Positions 1 through 10,545 are shown, counted from the first letter of the stretch. The stretch: DNA of 64,000 nt from Pseudomonadota bacterium (GCA_008501585.1 QQUN01000013.1:13739-77738), one strand, 5' to 3'. Numbers and translations are program-made. The notes: generated by a model not told the origin, from the sequence alone.

Positions 1-495
1 CAGTTCGTGCTTGAGCGTGGCGCCGAGTACCACCAGCGCACGGGGCTGGTCGGCGTTGTCGTCGGGCAGGAACTGGCCGCTGCGCACGCGCATGGTGAAG
101 GCCTGCACCATGGCAGGCCCCACGCCATACACCGAGCTGCGGCGCACCCGGCCATTGCCCTCGATCTCTGAATTGCCCCAGACCACGGGCGTGACGGCGG
201 TGACGCCGGGCAGGCGTTCGAGCGCGCGGGCATCGGCCAGGGTGAGCGGACGCGAGGTGCTGGGCAGGCCGGGCGGGCCGCCGCGGGCGCCTTTCTTGCC
301 AGGGGCAATTTCGATCACGTTGGTGCCGAACTGCGTGAATTCGGCCAGCACGAACTGGTGGATGCCTTCACCGATGGAGGTGAGCAGGATCACCGCGGCG
401 ATGCCGACGGCGATGCCGAGCAGGGTCAGAAAGCTGCGCAGGCGCTGGGCGACGAGCGCGCGGGCCGACAGCGAGAGGAAGTCGCGCCAGGACAT
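1..495 (-). CDS. ABC transporter permease, FtsX/MacB-type (5' part only; gene runs off the left edge)
   Basis: Absent from the ORF track because it is open at the window edge. My translation from the ATG at 495..493 reads MSWRDFLSLSARALVAQRLRSFLTLLGIAVGIAAVILLTSIGEGIHQFVLAEFTQFGTNVIEIAPGKK... This is the same N-terminal TM plus periplasmic-domain layout as the adjacent permease 586..1797. Confidence 0.75.
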   Translation of the reverse strand, partial: MSWRDFLSLSARALVAQRLRSFLTLLGIAVGIAAVILLTSIGEGIHQFVLAEFTQFGTNVIEIAPGKKGARGGPPGLPSTSRPLTLADARALERLPGVTAVTPVVWGNSEIEGNGRVRRSSVYGVGPAMVQAFTMRVRSGQFLPDDNADQPRALVVLGATLKHEL

Positions 496-585
496 TGTCA
501 GGCGCTCCTGTCGCTGCGCGACATCCTCCCCGAGGGAGGGTTCGCGAGCCCTTGGGGCGGTCGTGCGCGCTCGTTCATGCGTCGG

Positions 586-1793
586 CTACCGTTTTGAAAG
601 CGCATCGACCGGGTCGAGCGTGGCGGCGTGGCGGGCGGGCATGACGCCGAACAGCACGCCGGTGACGATAGCCGTGCCCAGGCCGGCGGCAATCGCCCAG
701 TCGGGCGGGTAGGCGGGGAGCGCGGGGAACAGCAGGCGCAGCCCCCAGGCGCCCAGGTGGCCGAGCAGCAGGCCGGCGAAGGCGCCGGCGATGGACAGCA
801 GCGCCGCCTCGGTGAGAAACACCAGCCGGATGATGCCGCCGGTGGCGCCGAGCGCCTTGAGCAGGCCGATCTCGCTGGTGCGCTGGGTGATGGCGACGAG
901 CATCACGTTCATCACCAGGATGCCGGCCACGGCCAGGCTGATGGCGGCGATGCCGGCCACGGCCAGGGTGAGCGCGCCGAGAATGCGGTCGAAGGTGCCG
1001 AGCACCGCGTCCTGGGTGATCAGCGTCACGTCTTCCTCGCCATCGTGGCGGGCCTTGAGGATGTCGAGGATCTGCGTCTTGGCCGCCGGCACGGCGTCGC
1101 GGTCGCGCGCTTCGGCAAAGATGCGGAACAGGCTGGCGGCGTTGAACAAGGCCTGGGCGGCGGCGACGGGGACGATCACCAGTTCGTCGGCGTTCATGCC
1201 CAGGCCCGAGCCGGAGGCGGCAAGCACGCCAATGACCCGGTAGCGCCGGTCGCCGACGCGGATCATCTTGCCCAGCGCCGGCCCGGCGCCGAACAGCTCC
1301 TGGTGCAAGGTGGCGCCGATCACCGCCACGGCCGAACCGCGGCGCCAGTCTTCTTCGGGCAGGAAGCGGCCCTGGCCGAGGCGGTAGTTGCGGATGTCGG
1401 CAAAGGCACGGGTGGTGCCGATCACCATCACCTCGCGCAGCTTGCCGCGGTAGGCGATCTCGGAGTTGCCGAGCACCAGCGGGGCGACGCGGGTCACGCC
1501 GCCGGCACGCAGCAGGGCGGCGGCGTCGTCCACGGTGAGGTCGCGCGGGGTGTTGGTGACAAAGCTGCCGGCGCCGACGCCGCCGGTTTCGGTGCGGCCG
1601 GGCAGGACGATGATCAGGCTGCTGCCCAGCGCCGAGAACTCGCGCACCACATAGCGGCGGGCGCCGTCGCCCAGCGCCGTGAGCAGCACCACGGCGGCCA
1701 CGCCGATGGCCATGGCGAGCATCATCAGCCCGGTGCGCATGGGGTAGGCGGTGGCGGCGCGGGTGGCAAAGCCGAGGATGTCGCGGCTGCGCA

Positions 1794-1797
<4 letters not shown>
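586..1797 (-). CDS. ABC transporter permease, FtsX/MacB-type
   Basis: 403-aa ORF. N-terminal TM (LMMLAMAIGVAAVVLLTALGDG), large periplasmic domain, C-terminal 3-TM FtsX-like block. ATGA overlap with the upstream ATPase gene. Confidence 0.85.
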
Positions 1798-2483
<686 letters not shown>

Positions 2484-2489
2484 GGCGGC

Positions 2490-3581
2490 TTACCTGGGCG
2501 CGTCGCCGTCGGGTGTGACCCGGGCGCCGGCGACGATGCCGTCGCGCTCAAGTGAGGTGACGATGCGCTCGCCCTCGCTCAGTCCGTCGGTGATCTCGGT
2601 CTGCGCCCAGTTGGCGATGCCGGTCTTCACCGGCTGGGCCTCCAGCGTGCCGGTGGTGGCGTCGTAGCGCAGCACGTCGCCGGTACTGCGCAAGGCGGCA
2701 GTGGGGATGCGCAGCACATCGGCGCGGGTGTCGAGAATGACCTCGGCGTCGGCGCTGTAGCCGACGAGCAGGCCGCGGGCGTCTTCCGGGCGGTCGAAAT
2801 CGACCTCGACATCGACGGTGCGCGCCTGCTTCTCGACCGCGAAGACGTAGGGCGCGACACGGCGCACATGGCCGGCGAAGACCTGGCCGGGCAGGGCGTC
2901 GAGGGTGATGCGCACCGTCTGGCCGGCGTGGATCCTGGGCGCGTCGACCTCGTCCATCGGCGCCTTCACATAGAGGCAGCTGTCGTCGATCAGGTCGATG
3001 GCGGGCGGCGTGGCGACGCCCGGCGGGGAGGGCGTGGAGTATTCGCCCAGTTCGCCGACGATCTTGGCGACGGTGCCGGCAAAGGGCGCGGTGAGCACGG
3101 TGCGTTCGGTGTTGGCGCGGGCGGCGTCGAGCTGGGCGCGGGCGGCGGCGACGTCCGCCTGGCTGGTGCGGCAGGCGGCCTCACGGGCGGTGGCGTCGGT
3201 GCGCGCCTTTTCTTCGGCCGAGGCGGAGACGAAGCCGCGCTGGTGCAGGGCGCGCTGGCGGGTGGCCTCGCTGCGGGCGTTGGCGGCGATGGCGCATACC
3301 TCGTCGACACGTCGCTGGATCGTTTCCAGCTGGCGTTGGGCGACTTCGATCTGGGCGGTCTGGTCGGCGTTCCACAGGCGCATCAAGACCTGGCCGGCGA
3401 CCACCTTGTCGCCTTCCTTGACGCCGAGGTACTCGATGCGTCCGCCGGCGATGGTCGACAGCTTGGCGCGCTGGCAGGCTTCGATTTCACCCGCGCGGGT
3501 GTTGGATACGGTGGCTTCTACGGTGCCGCGGTCGACCGTGGCCAGCGCGACCGGGACGGGCGTGGGGCGCTTGACCACCAT
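2490..3581 (-). CDS. Efflux periplasmic adaptor (HlyD/MacA membrane-fusion family); N-terminal anchor apparently out of frame
   Basis: ORF 2490..3707. The sensible in-frame start is the ATG at 3581 (MVVKRPTPVPVALATVDRGTVEATVS...). Lipoyl/coiled-coil/beta-barrel type sequence. 6-nt gap to the ATPase gene. A TM-like leader MRARSLLIPLCLVAAGAAAVWW starts at 3640 in another frame (see finding). Confidence 0.8.
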   Translation of the reverse strand: MVVKRPTPVPVALATVDRGTVEATVSNTRAGEIEACQRAKLSTIAGGRIEYLGVKEGDKVVAGQVLMRLWNADQTAQIEVAQRQLETIQRRVDEVCAIAANARSEATRQRALHQRGFVSASAEEKARTDATAREAACRTSQADVAAARAQLDAARANTERTVLTAPFAGTVAKIVGELGEYSTPSPPGVATPPAIDLIDDSCLYVKAPMDEVDAPRIHAGQTVRITLDALPGQVFAGHVRRVAPYVFAVEKQARTVDVEVDFDRPEDARGLLVGYSADAEVILDTRADVLRIPTAALRSTGDVLRYDATTGTLEAQPVKTGIANWAQTEITDGLSEGERIVTSLERDGIVAGARVTPDGDAPR

Positions 3582-3749
3582 ACGGCGGCGGCGCCGGCAG
3601 CAACGAGGCAGAGCGGGATGAGCAGGGAGCGGGCGCGCATGGGGGCGGGGCGGTGTATTCAAAAGGGCTAATGATCCGCCCGATTGGTGACCGGTGCAAC
3701 CGCGCACGATGTCGCATCGCCGGTGTGCGGCGTTCCCGCCGCGCCAGCG

Positions 3750-4478
3750 TTAGCGGTACTGCGGGTAGTTCTCGCGGTACAGGCGTTCGAGCTCGCGCTT
3801 TTCTTCGGCCAGGCGGCGCTCGGCGAGCATGGCGTTGCGCTGGGCCTCGGCGGCGCGGGCGGCGCGCTCCTGTTCGACGCGGCGCAGGGCGTCGCGCTCG
3901 CGCTGCTGCTCTTCGCGGCTCTTGCTGCGCTGGTAGTCGGAGGATTCGCGATCGAGCCGGTTGCGCAGGGCCGCCAGGTCGCGGGCCTCCTGCTGGGCCT
4001 GGCGCTCCTGGGCGCGCTGCTCCTGGAGGGTGGCGTAGCGTTCCTGCTGGCTCTCCTGGCGGCGTTCGGCCTGTTCGATGTTGAAGCGGGTGAGCTCGGC
4101 CTGCTTCTCGGCCAGGGCGGCCTGGTGCTCGAGCACCATCTGGGTCAGCGCGCGCTGGTGCCACATGGTGGCGCCGACATAGCCGGCGGCGGCGGCGAGC
4201 ACGATCATCAGCGCGCGGCCCCAGGCCGGCGTACCCGCGGGGCGCGGGGGGGCGGCTGGCGGCAGCGGCGGCGGGGCGTCGGCAATGCGTGCGTCGTAGG
4301 CGGTGCGCAGCGTGGGGTCGTTCAGCGTGGCGAAGGCGTCGTTCAGCAGGCGCAAGGCGGCGCTGTCACCGGCGGCCTCGAGGCGGCGCGAGAGCAACAC
4401 GTGCGCGGCCTTGATCATGGCCGGCTCGGCGGTGGCGCTGACTTGCAGGATGTCGTAGAGCGTGCGGGCTTTCGTCAT
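3750..4478 (-). CDS. J-like domain membrane protein with charged coiled-coil tail (no HPD motif)
   Basis: Start re-picked inside ORF 3750..4781 at the ATG at 4478 (MTKARTLYDILQVSATAEPAMIKAAH...NDAFATLNDPTLRTAYDARI). One TM (ALMIVLAAAAGYVGATMW), then an E/R/Q-rich tail. The upstream part of the track ORF overlaps glnS and is Ser/Pro/Arg junk. Confidence 0.6.
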   Translation of the reverse strand: MTKARTLYDILQVSATAEPAMIKAAHVLLSRRLEAAGDSAALRLLNDAFATLNDPTLRTAYDARIADAPPPLPPAAPPRPAGTPAWGRALMIVLAAAAGYVGATMWHQRALTQMVLEHQAALAEKQAELTRFNIEQAERRQESQQERYATLQEQRAQERQAQQEARDLAALRNRLDRESSDYQRSKSREEQQRERDALRRVEQERAARAAEAQRNAMLAERRLAEEKRELERLYRENYPQYR

Positions 4479-4518
4479 CGTGTCGGGGCGGTGCGCAGGT
4501 GAAAAGGGGGACGATGCC

Positions 4519-6246
4519 TCAGGGTTTCGACTTCTGCCACGAATCCTTGAGGGTGACCGTGCGGTTGAACACGGGCGCGCCGGCCCGGCTGTCGAAACGG
4601 TCGGCCACGAAATAGCCGTGGCGTTCGAACTGGAAGCGCGATTCGGCTGCCACCTGCGCCAGCGACGGCTCGAGTTGGGCGGTGAGGCAGCGCTTGGCGT
4701 CGGGGTTGATGTCGTCGAGGAAGTCGCGCTCGAGCTCGGGCGCGCCACCCTCGCGGCGCTGGCCCGGCTGCGGGTAGGCAAAGAGGCGGTCGTAGAGACG
4801 CACTTCGGCCTGGCAGGCGTGGGCCACGCTGACCCAGTGCAGGTTGCCCTTGACCTTGTAGGTGTCGGCGCCGGGGGTGCCGGACTTGGAATCGGGGAAG
4901 TACTCGCAGGTGACGGCGGTCACGTTGCCCTCGGCGTCCTTCTCGCAGCCGGTGCATTCGACCACATAGCCGTAGCGCAGCCGCACCTTGTTGCCGGGGA
5001 AGAGGCGGCGGAAGCCCTTGATCGGGGTTTCCATGAAGTCTTCGCGTTCGATCCACAGCTCGCGCGAGAGCGGCATTTCGCGCTGGCCGAGTTCGGGCTT
5101 GAGCGGGTGATTGGGGGCGAAGCACTGTTCGCTCTGGCCCTCGGGGTAGTTGGTGATGATCAGCTTGAGCGGGTCGAGTACGGCAACGCGGCGCTCGGCG
5201 GTGTCGTTGAGGTGTTCGCGCATGCACTCTTCGAGCACGCTCATGTCGATCCAGCCGTCGGACTTGGAGACGCCGGCGCGCTCGGCGAACAGGCGGAAGC
5301 CCTCGGCCGTGAAGCCGCGGCGGCGGGCGCCGACCAGGGTGGGCATGCGCGGGTCGTCCCAGCCGTCGACATGGCCTTCGTCCACCAGCTGCACCAGCTT
5401 GCGCTTGGAGAGCACCACGTAGGTGAGGTTGAGGCGGGCGAACTCGATCTGGCGCGGCAGCGGCCGCGGGAAGAAGCCGCCGTCGGCCAGCTGCGCCAGC
5501 AGCCAGTCATAGAAGGGGCGCTGGTCTTCGAACTCCAGCGTGCACAGCGAGTGGGTGATGTTCTCGATCGCGTCCTCGATGGGGTGGGCGAAGGTGTACA
5601 TCGGATAGACGCACCAGCGATCGCCGGTGCGGTGGTGGTGCGCATGGCGGATGCGGTAGATGGCCGGGTCGCGCAGATTGATGTTGGGCGAGGCCATGTC
5701 GATCTTGGCGCGCAGGATGTGCGTGCCGTCGGGGAATTCGCCGGCCTTCATGCGCGCGAACAGGTCGAGGTTTTCTTCGATGCTGCGGCTGCGGAAGGGG
5801 CTGTCCTTGCCCGGTTCGGTGAGCGTGCCGCGGTAGGCGCGCATGTCTTCGGCCGAGAGCGAGTCGACATAGGCCTTGCCGGCGCCGATCAGGTACTCGG
5901 CACAGGCGGCCATCTTCTCGAAATAGTCGGAGGCGAAGTAGAGGTGCTCGCCCCAGTCATAGCCGAGCCATTGCACCGATTCGATGATGGCGTCGACGAA
6001 CTCCTGCTCTTCCTTGGTCGGGTTGGTGTCGTCGAAGCGCAGGTGGCAGGCGCCGCCATAGGCCTCGGCGACGCCGAAATTAAGACAAATGGATTTTGCA
6101 TGGCCATAATGCAGGTAGCCATTGGGCTCGGGCGGAAAGCGGGTTTCGACACGCCCGTCCCACTTGCCCTGCTGACGGTCGGCCTCGATCAGGTTGTTGA
6201 TGAAGTGGGTGCTGCGGGTGAGGTCGGCGTTTTCGGGGTGGGACAT
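4519..6246 (-). CDS. glnS: Glutamine--tRNA ligase
   Basis: Class I synthetase motifs RFPPEPNGYLHYGHAKS (HIGH) and VLSKRKL (KMSKS). Start at the ATG at 6246 (MSHPENADLTRSTHFI...) within ORF 4519..6357. Confidence 0.95.
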   Translation of the reverse strand: MSHPENADLTRSTHFINNLIEADRQQGKWDGRVETRFPPEPNGYLHYGHAKSICLNFGVAEAYGGACHLRFDDTNPTKEEQEFVDAIIESVQWLGYDWGEHLYFASDYFEKMAACAEYLIGAGKAYVDSLSAEDMRAYRGTLTEPGKDSPFRSRSIEENLDLFARMKAGEFPDGTHILRAKIDMASPNINLRDPAIYRIRHAHHHRTGDRWCVYPMYTFAHPIEDAIENITHSLCTLEFEDQRPFYDWLLAQLADGGFFPRPLPRQIEFARLNLTYVVLSKRKLVQLVDEGHVDGWDDPRMPTLVGARRRGFTAEGFRLFAERAGVSKSDGWIDMSVLEECMREHLNDTAERRVAVLDPLKLIITNYPEGQSEQCFAPNHPLKPELGQREMPLSRELWIEREDFMETPIKGFRRLFPGNKVRLRYGYVVECTGCEKDAEGNVTAVTCEYFPDSKSGTPGADTYKVKGNLHWVSVAHACQAEVRLYDRLFAYPQPGQRREGGAPELERDFLDDINPDAKRCLTAQLEPSLAQVAAESRFQFERHGYFVADRFDSRAGAPVFNRTVTLKDSWQKSKP

Positions 6247-6460
6247 GGCTGGACGGTGTCTGTTGACAATAGCCCGGCATTGTAGCCGATGCGGGGCTGG
6301 ACGATGGGCGCGGTCGCGGTTGGTGCACTGCAAGTTGTGCTCAAGGCGGCCTGTCATATGCCGTTAGTCCATATGGATGCGCCGATGCCGGTCGGTTCGA
6401 TGTGATACGGCTCGCCATCCGGAAAAACAGCGAAGACAAGAATACGCAGGGAACCCCGAG

Positions 6461-8452
6461 ATGACATTGCGCCCGTACGCGCTGACCGTGCTGCTGCTCA
6501 GCCAGGCCCATGCCCTGGCGCAGACCGATCCGATCGACTTTTCCCTCGGCGAGCTCGTCGCGCAGGAGGTGATTTCGGTCGCCCGCAAGCGGCAGGAGAT
6601 CGGCGATGTGGCGGCCGCCGTGTATGTCGTGTCGGCCGAAGACATCGCCCGGATGGGCGTGACCACCCTGCCCGATGCGCTGCGTCTGGTCCCGGGCGTG
6701 CAGGTGGCGGCGATCGGCAACAACCGCTGGGCGGTCGGTGTGCGCGGGTTCAATGGCCGGTTTACCAACAGCCTGCTGGTGATGGTCGATGGCCGGACGG
6801 TCTACTCGCCCCTGTTCTCCGGCACCTACTGGGAGGCGCTGGACATTCCGCTGCCGGAGATTGACCGCATCGAGGTCATTCGCGGCCCGGGGGCGTCAAT
6901 CTGGGGGGCCAATGCGGTCAATGGCGTGGTCAACATCATCACCAAATGGGCACGCGCCACCCAGGGCGATGCGGGGCAGGTGACGGTCGGCTCGGAAGAC
7001 AAGGCGCTGGTCTATGCCCGCCATGGCGGGGCGCTGCCCGATGGCCACTACCGCCTCAGCTACCAGGGGCGTGTACGCGACGACTCGCGTCGGCTCAACG
7101 GTGGTCCGGGTGAGGATGGCTGGCAGACGCATCGGCTTGGCCTGCGGCTGGAGAAGTTTCTCGGCGATCCGGGCGAACTGAGCGTGATGGGCGAGGTGTT
7201 CCGGAACGACAGCCGCGACCTGTGGAAGGTGCCGGACATCACCTCGCCGACGCTGCTGCGGGCGACCCGTTTCACTCAGCGTGACGAAGGCGCTGGGCTG
7301 ACGCTGCGGCTAAACCGGGCGCTCGACCAAGGGCGGGAGTGGGCGCTGCAAGGCAGCTTTCAGTACATCGACGCGCAGGTCGGCGATTTCCTCAGCGAAC
7401 TGCGCCACACCATGGATCTAGACGGACAGTACCGCTTCTCGCTCGGACGGCATGACCTGGTCATGGGGGCGGGGCTGCGCTACCACGATCAGGAGGTGAC
7501 CGGGCGGGGCTTCTTCCAGGTGGACGAACCCCACCGCCGCTTTGGCCTGGCCAGCGCGTTCATCCACGACGACATCACCTTGCTGCCCGAGACGCTGACC
7601 CTGACCGCCGGCCTCAAGTTCGAGCATCACTCGTGGACGGGCAACGAATGGCAACCGAACCTGCGCCTGGCCTGGCAGGTGGCGCCGAGCCATCTGCTGT
7701 GGGCCGCCGTGTCCGAAGCCTCGCGCACGCCGGCGCGGGTGGAGTACGACATGCAGTACGCGTCGCAGGTCGTGTCGGCGGCGCCGCCGACCCGGATCGT
7801 GTTTCGAAGCGCGGACACGCTCGCGGCCGAGCGGGTCCGGTCGTATGAGCTGGGCTATCGGGGGCAGCCGAGCGAAACCACGCATGTGGATGTGACCGGC
7901 TTCGTGATGCGGTATCGCAATCTGAGGAATGTGTATAACGCCGGGGTCTATCCCTCCGGCGGTTGGTTCATCGTCGATGCGCCCTTGCGCTTCGACGGCC
8001 ACGGCGTGGTCTCCGGTGTCGAGGCGGCGGTCGACTGGCAGCCCTCGACGCGCTGGCGTCTGCGGGTCAGCTACACCCATCTCGAGACGGACATCGAATC
8101 CAGCGGGCAGTCGCTGACCGATGCTGCGGCCGCGTTCTACATGCAACGGGCACCCAGGGACCAGGCCAGCGCCCATGTCACCTGGAAGCCCTTGCCGGGC
8201 CATGCGATGGATCTGGTGCTGCGCCATGTCGGCGCGCTGGTCAACCGGGACCCGGGGACGCCCGCGATCAAGGCCTACACCGAGCTCGATCTCCAGTACG
8301 GCTGGCGTGTATCGCCCAAGCTGACGCTCGCGTTGACCGGGCGGAATCTGCTCAATGCCCGCCATGCCGAATTTGGCCGCTTGTACATGCCATCGCCGGC
8401 GCATGAAATCGAGCGCAGCGTCCACCTCACCGCGCAATGGGCGCTGGACTGA
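6461..8452 (+). CDS. TonB-dependent outer-membrane receptor (paralog 1)
   Basis: Signal peptide MTLRPYALTVLLLSQAHALA. Plug motifs DALRLVPGVQV and IEVIRGPGASIWGANAVNGVVNIIT, followed by a long beta-barrel. Start at the ATG at 6461 inside ORF 6377..8452. Confidence 0.9.
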   Translation: MTLRPYALTVLLLSQAHALAQTDPIDFSLGELVAQEVISVARKRQEIGDVAAAVYVVSAEDIARMGVTTLPDALRLVPGVQVAAIGNNRWAVGVRGFNGRFTNSLLVMVDGRTVYSPLFSGTYWEALDIPLPEIDRIEVIRGPGASIWGANAVNGVVNIITKWARATQGDAGQVTVGSEDKALVYARHGGALPDGHYRLSYQGRVRDDSRRLNGGPGEDGWQTHRLGLRLEKFLGDPGELSVMGEVFRNDSRDLWKVPDITSPTLLRATRFTQRDEGAGLTLRLNRALDQGREWALQGSFQYIDAQVGDFLSELRHTMDLDGQYRFSLGRHDLVMGAGLRYHDQEVTGRGFFQVDEPHRRFGLASAFIHDDITLLPETLTLTAGLKFEHHSWTGNEWQPNLRLAWQVAPSHLLWAAVSEASRTPARVEYDMQYASQVVSAAPPTRIVFRSADTLAAERVRSYELGYRGQPSETTHVDVTGFVMRYRNLRNVYNAGVYPSGGWFIVDAPLRFDGHGVVSGVEAAVDWQPSTRWRLRVSYTHLETDIESSGQSLTDAAAAFYMQRAPRDQASAHVTWKPLPGHAMDLVLRHVGALVNRDPGTPAIKAYTELDLQYGWRVSPKLTLALTGRNLLNARHAEFGRLYMPSPAHEIERSVHLTAQWALD

Positions 8453-8540
8453 GCCGTCCTGACGATGCGCATGACACAAATCAACGGCGTGGCCTGGCCC
8501 GTGAGCGAAGATGCGTACGGGTAATCACTGGCTTCGCGAC

Positions 8541-10535
8541 ATGGCATTTCTCAACCAGAGGACGCTCGGTGTGGGCGTGTTGCTGCTCGGCCTGTCGTCA
8601 GCGGCCGGTGCCACCGGGCATCTGCTGGATCTGAGCCTGGAGGAACTGGGCGACATCCAGGTGCTGTCGGTATCGCGCAAGGCCCAGCGCCTGGCGGACA
8701 CCGCGGCCGCCGTCACGGTGATCACCGCGGAGGACATCCGGCGCAGCGGCGCCCGCAGCGTGCCCGAGGCCCTTCGGCTGGTGCCCGGGGTCCAGGTGGC
8801 GCAGATCGGTGCCGGGCGTTGGGCGGTGAGCGTGCGCGGATTCAACAGCCGTTTTGCCTCGAAGCTGCTGGTCCAGGTGGATGGGCGCAGCGTGTATTCC
8901 CCGATGTTTTCCGGCGTGTTCTGGAGCGCCCAGACCTTGATGATGGAGGACATCGAGCGCATCGAGGTGGTCCGGGGTCCGGGGGCCTCGCTGTGGGGCG
9001 CCAATGCCGTCAATGGCGTGATCAACATCGTGACGCACAAAGCCGTTGCAACCATGGGCGCCCTGGTGCGGGCCAGCATCGATGATCGCGGCAAGCCCGA
9101 GCTGGCGGTTCGGCAGGGCCTCGCGCTGGACGGCGGCGGTGCGCTGCGCGTGTATGCGCACAGTATCAACCGCTCGGCGTTCGAGACCGCGGGAGGGGGC
9201 AGTGCCCGCGACGAGCAAACGGGCTGGCGCACGGGCTTCCGGCTCGACAGCGCGGCGACGGGGGCGGATCACTGGACGGTCAGCGGCGATGCCTATCGTC
9301 AGCGCAGCCCGGAGGTCCTCGCCCTGGGCAGTGCCGGGTCGGCGTACTCGCCGTTCGACTTCGAAGGCGCGCATCTGCTGGCGCAGCGCAGCTGGGCGAT
9401 GCCGGTGGGTGTGGCCTCGCTGCGGGGCTATGTTGACTACGCCGATGTGGTGCTCGGGGCGCTGGCCGGCGCCACCGTCTACAGCGGTGATCTGGATTTC
9501 CAGCACCGCCTGCCGGCATCCGGCGGGCATGAGTGGATCTGGGGTCTCGGCCTGCGTCACCAGCAGGTGTCGGTGCGCAGCGAGGTGTCGGTCTTCGACT
9601 TCATGAAGGACGAGGCGCGCATGCAGACCTTCAGCGCCTTCGTGCAGGACGAGATCGAACTGCTGCCGCAGCAGCTGCGCCTGACCCTCGGCGCACGCCT
9701 CGAGGCGCGCAATACCACCCGGCCGCAGATCCAGCCCACGGCGCGCGTGTTGTGGTCGCCGACCAGCCGCGACACGGTGTGGACACAGTGGTCGCGTGCG
9801 GCGCGAACCCCGTCGTACGGCGACCTGTACGCCTCTCTGGTGACCGGCTCGCAGCCCTACCCGCCATTTGCCCTGGCGACGCTGGTGTCCCAGGCCAACC
9901 CGCAGCTTGAACCCGAGACCCTGAACGCTGTCGAACTCGGCTATCGGCGGCAGTTCGAGCGCGGCAACGCCGAGGCCGTGCTGTTTCGCCATCGCTATTC
10001 GCGACTGATCGGCAACACGCTGGGCGGTGTCCGCACGCCGGGGCGCTTCCCGCCCCTGCCCGAGGTGATCCTGTTGCGTGACAACCACAGTGCGGCGGTG
10101 TCGGAAGGTGTCGAGCTCGGCGGCGAGTTGAGCGTGATGCGCGGATTGCGGCTCGGTGCCGCGTACACCGCGATGCGCTTCTCGTTCGACGCCAGCGATG
10201 ACCCGGTCCGGGCCGGCGCCAGCGACACCGTGGCCAATCGCAACGCCGACCACTGGCTCAGCGCCTGGGCCCGCATCGACCTGCCCGGCGCGCAGGAACT
10301 GGACTTGCAGCTTCGCCATGTGGGCGCGCTGACGGGGCAGCCCTCGCCCGGGGTGGCGGCCTACACGGTGGCGGACCTGCGCTATGGCCGGCGTTTTGGC
10401 CGCCACCTCGACATTGCGCTGTCGATCACCAATCTGTTCGATGAACGCTATACCGCGTTTGATTCGGACTACTTCCCCTCGGCCTATGCCTACGACCGCC
10501 GGCGCATCCTGCTGACCGGCCGCTGGATGTTCTGA
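8541..10535 (+). CDS. TonB-dependent outer-membrane receptor (paralog 2)
   Basis: Signal peptide MAFLNQRTLGVGVLLLGLSSAAGA (an alternative start at 8511 is possible). The plug is nearly colinear with paralog 1 (EALRLVPGVQV, IEVVRGPGASLWGANAVNGVINIVT). C-terminal ...TGRWMF. Confidence 0.9.
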   Translation: MAFLNQRTLGVGVLLLGLSSAAGATGHLLDLSLEELGDIQVLSVSRKAQRLADTAAAVTVITAEDIRRSGARSVPEALRLVPGVQVAQIGAGRWAVSVRGFNSRFASKLLVQVDGRSVYSPMFSGVFWSAQTLMMEDIERIEVVRGPGASLWGANAVNGVINIVTHKAVATMGALVRASIDDRGKPELAVRQGLALDGGGALRVYAHSINRSAFETAGGGSARDEQTGWRTGFRLDSAATGADHWTVSGDAYRQRSPEVLALGSAGSAYSPFDFEGAHLLAQRSWAMPVGVASLRGYVDYADVVLGALAGATVYSGDLDFQHRLPASGGHEWIWGLGLRHQQVSVRSEVSVFDFMKDEARMQTFSAFVQDEIELLPQQLRLTLGARLEARNTTRPQIQPTARVLWSPTSRDTVWTQWSRAARTPSYGDLYASLVTGSQPYPPFALATLVSQANPQLEPETLNAVELGYRRQFERGNAEAVLFRHRYSRLIGNTLGGVRTPGRFPPLPEVILLRDNHSAAVSEGVELGGELSVMRGLRLGAAYTAMRFSFDASDDPVRAGASDTVANRNADHWLSAWARIDLPGAQELDLQLRHVGALTGQPSPGVAAYTVADLRYGRRFGRHLDIALSITNLFDERYTAFDSDYFPSAYAYDRRRILLTGRWMF

Positions 10536-10545
10536 GCCGAAGACC

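Noticed and set aside
4479-4781. N-terminal extensions of many track ORFs (3750..4781, 4519..6357, 35877..36698, 36412..36897, 38854..39435, 39444..40154, 39946..41361, 41427..42140, 43470..45452, 53852..56308, 57434..58609)
   Set aside because: The extensions overlap the upstream gene, are Arg/Pro/Ser-rich, and precede an internal Met that gives the canonical family N-terminus, often with an RBS. Starts were therefore moved inward.
6355-6375. Two CATATG palindromes 15 bp apart (the second within the perfect 10-bp palindrome TCCATATGGA) upstream of the receptor operon; also looked for a Fur box
   Set aside because: The motifs are short and match no regulator consensus I know. No Fur-box-like 19-bp AT-rich palindrome is visible. 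They are noted but not claimable as an operator without comparative data.
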